NCBI GenBank assembly: GCA_044220955.1
Contig: JBGAQA010000104.1
Span: forward strand, 1 to 22,186
DNA: 22,186 nucleotides
Direction of reading: 5' to 3'
Source: Sandaracinaceae bacterium
GTDB taxonomy: Bacteria; Myxococcota_A; Polyangia; Polyangiales; Sandaracinaceae
The notes under the pieces were generated by a model. That model did no database searches, was not told the origin of the DNA, and saw only the letters and a program-made list of their open reading frames with translations. A program made the translations under genes and the position numbers. Shown here in pieces: positions 18,201-22,186 of the stretch; the first letter of the stretch is position 1; every line of letters begins with the position of its first letter.

Positions 18201-20707
18201 TTGCCGGCGCCGCGCACGGTCGCGCGGCCGCCCGAGCCGAAGTAGACAGCGTGCGCCACGGGGCTGTAGGTGTGGTGGATGTCGAGGTTCCAGCCCGCGA
18301 GGCCCTGCGTGACGTCATCGACGGTCCCTACGATCACGTCGCGCGTGACCGTGTACGTGATCATCACGGGGCTTCCAAAGGTGGCCGCGGCTCCGCCGCT
18401 GCCGCCAACGCCGCCTGTGGTCACGACGACGAAGGGCGCGCCGAACGCGCGATCGTTCTCCGCGAGCGGTGTCCGGATCTGCCGAACCTCGACCACGTAC
18501 GTCATCGCGACGCGGCCCGGCTGTGGCCCGACGGTCGGGCGGCCCCATTGATCGCGGCCGTCCCACACGAACCTGTGCTCGTTCGCAGGTAGCTCCCCGG
18601 GTGGCGGCGTGGCGGTGCTGAAGAGCTCGCGGTTCGAGAACGTGTACGGAGCGAGCCGCTGGCCGGCCACCGTCACTGCCACGTGCACCGCTCGGATCCC
18701 GAACGCGACGTCCGCGTCGGGTACGATCGGCACGGGGTGGACGATGACCGAGTTGTCGATGACCCGACCCTGCTGGTTGGCCGAGCTGTAGGCGAGCGAG
18801 AAGCCCGCGCCCGCGACGGGCACGCGCTCGCCGAGCGCGCGGGACTCGCAGAAGAGGATCGAGCCGTCGCCGCAGTGGTCGGTGTCAGGGCCGCCCGACG
18901 ACGCGACGCCCTGGGCGATGGGCGCGCCGCTCTGGCCGGACCAGTTGTCGTCGGTCGCCGAGAAGTGCCTCGTCGGGACACGCCACAGGCGCGTCCCGTT
19001 CGGAAGATCGGCCGAGCCGTAGATCGCGTCGCACTCGTCCGTGGAGGGCTGATATTCGGCCGGTGCCTCGTCGAGCCCGACCAGCGGGCAGCCCGGATGC
19101 GAACGCTGCACCTCCGCGATGAAGCCGTTGGCTTCGGGGGCCCAGGCCGCCGTCCGGGCGTCGTAGCTGCCGCTGGGGATCACGCGGCCGACGCCGTGGT
19201 CGGAGTCTGCGATGTCGAGCGCGAAGCTCTCGTCCACTCCGCCGGGGATCGGCCGGTAGACGACCACGTAGCGATAGATCTCCGCGCCGAATTCGGTGGA
19301 GCCGCAGGGGGCGCCCGGCTCGTCGCGCACGCACGCCTCGGTCGAGAACGTGTAGCTCGTGCCCGAGGCGATGTCGGCGGGCATCGTGCTGCGCGGATCG
19401 GCGACGCATTCACTGTCGATGCAGACGAAGCCGTCCGTGCAGACGTTGGGGCTCGCCTCGGTGCAGATGCCGTGAGAGGCGGGTCGTCGCGTGTACTCGT
19501 CGACGCAGAGGTAGTAGTCGCCCGACGTCGCGGTCGAGGTCGTGCCCGACGGGATGAAGAAGCCGATGCTGCGCGTCCCGCGCACGTCCCTCGTCGTCCA
19601 GGGACCGACGCCGCCACCGAAGAACAGGCCGCCCGTCGCGGGGGTGATCGCGCCCGTGCAGTTGTTCGGGATCGGCATCAGCGTCACGTCGGGCGCCGTC
19701 GCGTAGTCGTTCCACTGCACCTCCACCGTTCGCTGCGCGGGGAGGTGCGTGTCGTCGAGGTGGTAGTCGAGGACCATCGCGCCGCCTCCGTTCACGACGA
19801 GATCGAACTCGCCGCTCGCGCGCGAGCGTGTCTGCCCGTACTCCGGGTGCCCGTGCACACTCACGTCGACGGCCGCGAGCGGGCTGCCGTCGAGCGAGAG
19901 CACGCGCCCGTGGATCGCGGCCGCCCGGTCTGGCTCGATGATCCGCGGGTCGATGTCCCACTGCACCGCATCGTCGTCGGCGCTGGCGTGGTAGGTGGGG
20001 TCGTACACGAAGCGGGTCGCGTCGTAGACGCTCGTCGGCCGAGTGCGATCGAGCGCTGGGGCATGGATGGGCTCGGAAGGAACGTAGCCCGGCGCTGCGA
20101 GCAGGATCTCGAGCCGTGGGGGCTTGATGGTCTCGCTCGTCATCGCTTCGGCCGTGGCGATGTGCGTGTCGGTCACGTGCAGCGAGCCGATCGCCCAGCC
20201 GAATGCGACGGCGTCGCTCGTCGGGTCCGCCAGATCTCGCGTGACGTCGAACACCAGCCGTGTGCTTCCGTCCACGAAGGAACAGCTCACCGGACTGCCA
20301 GTCGCTGGGCCTGCGGGCGGTGTCGAGGTCGTCAGATCCCAGTCCCAGGTGTCGCCCGTGCCCGTCGGACTGCGGAAGGTCGCGCCCATCTGCGACCAGA
20401 TCTGGTGCACCGCGCCAGCCGAGTAGGTTCGGCTGCACGCGTCACCCGCGACCGACTGGAGCCAGACGGTCAGCTGTGCGCTCAGCACGTGGCCGCGTCC
20501 GAGCTCGGCACGGACTTGCTCCTCGTCGAAGCGAACCAGGCCGATACGTTGGTGCACGATGAGGCCTCCGCCCCCACCGAAGTTGACGAGGTCGGTGATG
20601 TGCATCGTCTCCGCGTCGCCGAAGTTGGCGTTGGGCGCTTCAGAGTCGACGTACGTGTCCTCGGCAGGCGTGAGGATCACCAGGTTCGTTCCGTCGCCTC
20701 CGGTCAT
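15014..20707 (-). CDS. Bacterial teneurin-like / YD-repeat protein with N-terminal DNRLRE-like domain; signal peptide frameshifted (likely true start 20790) and C-terminal Rhs core/toxin missing
   Basis: DNRLRE-like ~20680-20100 (AEDTYVDSEAPNANFG...GLVRFD...LVFDVT...PPRLEI); TTR-like ~19930-19675 (IHGRVLSLDGSPL...GQTRSRASGEFDLVVNGGG); FN-plug-like ~18870-18250 (GSILFCESRALGE, FVWDGRDQWGR, GWNLDIHH); NHL-like propeller; YD shell from ~16945 (VASPDGSAIFEFDRAGRHLRTVD, YDQRGNITSFAPPG). No PxxxxDPxG motif seen. Confidence 0.85.
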   Translation of the reverse strand: MTGGDGTNLVILTPAEDTYVDSEAPNANFGDAETMHITDLVNFGGGGGLIVHQRIGLVRFDEEQVRAELGRGHVLSAQLTVWLQSVAGDACSRTYSAGAVHQIWSQMGATFRSPTGTGDTWDWDLTTSTPPAGPATGSPVSCSFVDGSTRLVFDVTRDLADPTSDAVAFGWAIGSLHVTDTHIATAEAMTSETIKPPRLEILLAAPGYVPSEPIHAPALDRTRPTSVYDATRFVYDPTYHASADDDAVQWDIDPRIIEPDRAAAIHGRVLSLDGSPLAAVDVSVHGHPEYGQTRSRASGEFDLVVNGGGAMVLDYHLDDTHLPAQRTVEVQWNDYATAPDVTLMPIPNNCTGAITPATGGLFFGGGVGPWTTRDVRGTRSIGFFIPSGTTSTATSGDYYLCVDEYTRRPASHGICTEASPNVCTDGFVCIDSECVADPRSTMPADIASGTSYTFSTEACVRDEPGAPCGSTEFGAEIYRYVVVYRPIPGGVDESFALDIADSDHGVGRVIPSGSYDARTAAWAPEANGFIAEVQRSHPGCPLVGLDEAPAEYQPSTDECDAIYGSADLPNGTRLWRVPTRHFSATDDNWSGQSGAPIAQGVASSGGPDTDHCGDGSILFCESRALGERVPVAGAGFSLAYSSANQQGRVIDNSVIVHPVPIVPDADVAFGIRAVHVAVTVAGQRLAPYTFSNRELFSTATPPPGELPANEHRFVWDGRDQWGRPTVGPQPGRVAMTYVVEVRQIRTPLAENDRAFGAPFVVVTTGGVGGSGGAAATFGSPVMITYTVTRDVIVGTVDDVTQGLAGWNLDIHHTYSPVAHAVYFGSGGRATVRGAGNVASFLPGSFQPCTGAAPNECGGCTTGGSTTLFGVAAAPDGSAFMVGGPGSGRGDPPRVWRTDPDGSRVELGPVGDHARIAAGRLSSAAGGVEATTLFVASTNCLQRFRADGPSLLTEATAGECMATCSGDGLSVGHPRPRDATGPLCLDPGSVDLARDGSLYVIDRRSPSRLLRWRTDGGVEVVATARASQAFIAVEATDRGTLYLAVRSSNGFGAEDEIYRFDPDLLDPRDCSDAVSCMTRVVGNAAPTFDRCPPNGARSLAEGTAGSCFDLDLVATPNSDSGPSDSSDGALASDREGRLYFTQHYSQLSGPRAGIASVWRLELDGTVTFVAGPRPTSADGTPLCDLRGPDGSALDLCHPLPLPGVTSCDPHAPATAMARFAIEDLDLLPDGRPVIAVPDGILVIGPVLEGSIEVDRHTVASPDGSAIFEFDRAGRHLRTVDYLTQRTLWSFGYRPEDGRLATVTDPEGQVTSFDYSVPNTIRIEAPGHLVTTLTSTDATHQTIADPEGHTWSLGYDPDLHGLLRSFQEPGVPAAHLFTYEADGRLRSDSTVPDSGGGPGPTSTLLETDRTADGMRAFTLTSAESRTTTYTTGDTGWTHRTTRAVPSGARERMAAPADGLRILSAVELPGAMTGCQRPSSTMPSGCPAGEACMVEASTTGGDDNGLCVPYLLTADLADHPDVDIGPDARHAYRTIVERRATTDASGTVELLTSTYLHEQQFDPDGRLRDAFTYPTQTGAATITVRSTRSTASSPRATTTTTITADPAGHTPETTITRDDHARVTCIATAGLHPTRITYTGDSVRPSSVAQGPFGAGCTGGAAPLRQVTYGYPSDGTRWLTSVSVGAPDGPVLTTGLTPIHGTGWVTDVDLPGAEGVIHVEYDQRGNITSFAPPGRPAHTFTVTQRDLPLTSTPPVGGPRVTGTTYTDDGMLETLTLSDGTSLGLTYSADGVLHTMDASDGSVHIAVNHHDALGQPTAVSDASTGVSMQLGYDVSVPVSQSWAGPGGFSASTRRVVGAAMTVGGALAAETGVGVVVAKLIIRQVAEGVVPTVDPARPKARQ

Positions 20708-20759
20708 CGACGGATGCTGGCCGTCACAGCTCAGGGCGATCGCCGCGCCCGCGAGCGCT

Positions 20760-20779
20760 ACGAACGAACGAACGAACGA
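20760..20779 (-). repeat. Tetranucleotide SSR (TCGT)5 inside the signal-peptide coding region of the teneurin-like gene
   Basis: + strand ACGA x5 at 20760-20779, between ATG 20790 and the lipobox IALSC. Confidence 0.9.
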
Positions 20780-20787
20780 GCGAGATG

Positions 20788-20803
20788 CATGCCGCTCCCC
20801 CTC
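20788..20803 (-). promoter_or_regulatory. Ribosome-binding site and probable true start codon of the teneurin-like gene
   Basis: Minus strand reads GAGGGGGAG-CGGC-ATG(20790). Confidence 0.65.
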
Positions 20804-20903
20804 TGCAAGCTCCGGCGATCATCGTCGGTGCGGTGTGCGGCGTGTGTCAACCAGCGTCGCGGCGACACCCCTCCGCGGCCTGGCGGCGCCGCGTGGTCGC
20901 CGC

Positions 20904-21677
20904 TCAGCCGGGGTCGCGGTTGCGCTCGTAGAGGATGCGAAGGCCCTCGAGCGTCAGATCCGGGACCACCGCCTCGATCGTCTTGGACTCGGGGGCGACG
21001 AGCGATGCGAGGCCGCCCGTCGCCAGGACGCGGCAGGGGTCGCCGATCTCGGCGCGGATGCGCTCGACGAGCCCGTCGACCAGGCCGACGTAGCCGAACA
21101 CGATCCCCGACTGCACGCTGTGCGTCGTGCTCTTGCCGATCGCTCGCGGCGGCTTCTGGAGCGGGATGCGCGCCAGGCGCGCGGCGCGGGAGAAGAGCGC
21201 CTCGGCCGAGATCTGCATGCCCGGCGCGATGACGCCGCCGATGAACTCGCCCTTCTTCGAGACGCAGTCGAAGTTGGTGCCCGTGCCGAAGTCGACGACG
21301 CAGACCGCCGCCTGCACGCGCTCGTACGCGGCGACGGCGTTGGCGATGCGGTCGGCGCCGACGTCCTTGGGGTTGTCGTAGAGGATCGGCATGCCCGTCT
21401 TGATGCCCGGGCCGACGATCATCGGCTCGTGGCCGAACGCGCGGCGCGTGGCGGCGCCGACCACGTCGGTGAGGGCGGGGACGACGGACGCGATGATCGT
21501 CGCGTCGATGCTGCCGCGCGGGATGGAGGCGACGTCGAGGAGGGTGAGCAGGATGACGAGGATCTCGTCCGCCGTGCGGCCCTTGGACGACTCGATGCGG
21601 TACGACTGCGCGAGCGTCGCGCCGTCGTAGAGCCCGAGGACCGTGTGCGTGTTGCCGACGTCGACCGCGAGCAGCAT
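20904..21677 (-). CDS. coaX: Type III pantothenate kinase, 257 aa
   Basis: MLLAVDVGNT, ASVVP, VGADRIANAVAA, VVDFGTGTNFD, GGVIAPG, IGKST, VLATGG, PDLTLEGL motifs. Confidence 0.97.
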   Translation of the reverse strand: MLLAVDVGNTHTVLGLYDGATLAQSYRIESSKGRTADEILVILLTLLDVASIPRGSIDATIIASVVPALTDVVGAATRRAFGHEPMIVGPGIKTGMPILYDNPKDVGADRIANAVAAYERVQAAVCVVDFGTGTNFDCVSKKGEFIGGVIAPGMQISAEALFSRAARLARIPLQKPPRAIGKSTTHSVQSGIVFGYVGLVDGLVERIRAEIGDPCRVLATGGLASLVAPESKTIEAVVPDLTLEGLRILYERNRDPG

Positions 21678-21685
21678 GGCGCCGC

Positions 21686-22186
21686 TCAGCGGGGACGCAG
21701 CGCCAGCGTCCGCGCGACGAGCGTGCCGAACGAGGGCATCGCCACGGCGCCGTGCATCGTCGCGATCGGGCCGGCCGCCGGCTTCGGGGAGGTGAGCGCG
21801 ATCGGGGCGGCGCCCCGGGACTCGGCCTGCTTGGCCGCCGCCTCGCGCGCCGCTGCGGCCTCGCGATCCGTGCGCGCCCTGGCCTCCGCAGCCTCGCGCG
21901 CCTCGCGGTCGGCGCGGGCCCTGGCCTCCGCAGCCTCGCGTGCCTCGCGATCGGCGCGGGCCTTCGCCTCCGCCGCCTCGCGCGCGGCCGCGGCCTCGCG
22001 ATCCGCGCGGGCCTTCGCCTCGGCGGCCTCGCGATCGGCCCTCGCCCTCGCCTCGGCAGCCTCGCGATCGGCGCGCGCCCTGGCCTCCGCAGCCGCACGC
22101 GCCTCCGCAGCCGCACGCGCCTCCGCGGCCGCACGCGCCTCCGCGGCCGCACGCGCCTCCGCGGCCGCACGCGCCTCCGCGGCCGC
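21686..22186 (-). CDS. 3' end of an Ala/Glu/Arg-rich coiled-coil repeat protein, 5' end beyond window
   Basis: Open frame from 22186: (AAAEAR)n, then (ARADREAAEAR/K)-type repeats, ending PSFGTLVARTLALRPR with TGA at 21688-21686, 8 nt upstream of coaX. Missing from the track. Confidence 0.75.
   Translation of the reverse strand, partial: AAAEARAAAEARAAAEARAAAEARAAAEARAAAEARARADREAAEARARADREAAEAKARADREAAAAREAAEAKARADREAREAAEARARADREAREAAEARARTDREAAAAREAAAKQAESRGAAPIALTSPKPAAGPIATMHGAVAMPSFGTLVARTLALRPR
22083..22186. repeat. 18-bp tandem repeat GCCTCCGC(A/G)GCCGCACGC, at least 5.8 copies
   Basis: Read directly; encodes AAAEAR on the minus strand and continues to the window edge. Confidence 0.93.

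Noticed and set aside
12972..21232. Long ORFs 12972..15845 (-), 13289..17278 (+), 17282..18592 (+) and 18683..21232 (+)
   Set aside because: Antisense or alternative-frame shadows typical of very high GC DNA, with no recognisable motifs.
20758..22170. 470-aa Arg/Pro-rich minus ORF
   Set aside because: Alternative frame over coaX and the AAAEAR gene; only its last 10 codons matter, as the out-of-frame start of the teneurin-like gene.

Overview
Very GC-rich bacterial DNA. Gene content (Cys-rich lipoproteins, TPR protein ending in a terminal beta-strand) suggests a myxobacterium; this is inference. Left to right: (1) a giant minus-strand lipoprotein/adhesin gene, 7487 to <1, at least 2495 aa, absent from the ORF track because it runs off the window, with RTX, Cys-rich, discoidin, PKD, IgGFc-binding and Ig-like domains; (2) an NlpC/P60-like gene reading DSSG where DCSG is expected; (3) a YqiA-like hydrolase and a NUDIX hydrolase; (4) a ~760-bp cassette holding a four-helix-bundle (23S-IVP/Avd-like) gene inside nested complementary non-coding flanks and hexamer microsatellites; (5) a small membrane protein and trmFO; (6) a TPR protein coupled to a Cys-rich lipoprotein; (7) a convergent teneurin-like YD protein whose signal peptide is out of frame at a (TCGT)5 repeat and whose 3' end appears fused tail-to-tail with the lipoprotein gene; (8) coaX and the 3' end of an AAAEAR-repeat protein. 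Most long ORFs in the track are antisense or alternative-frame shadows. All domain calls come from motif recognition by eye; no searches were run.
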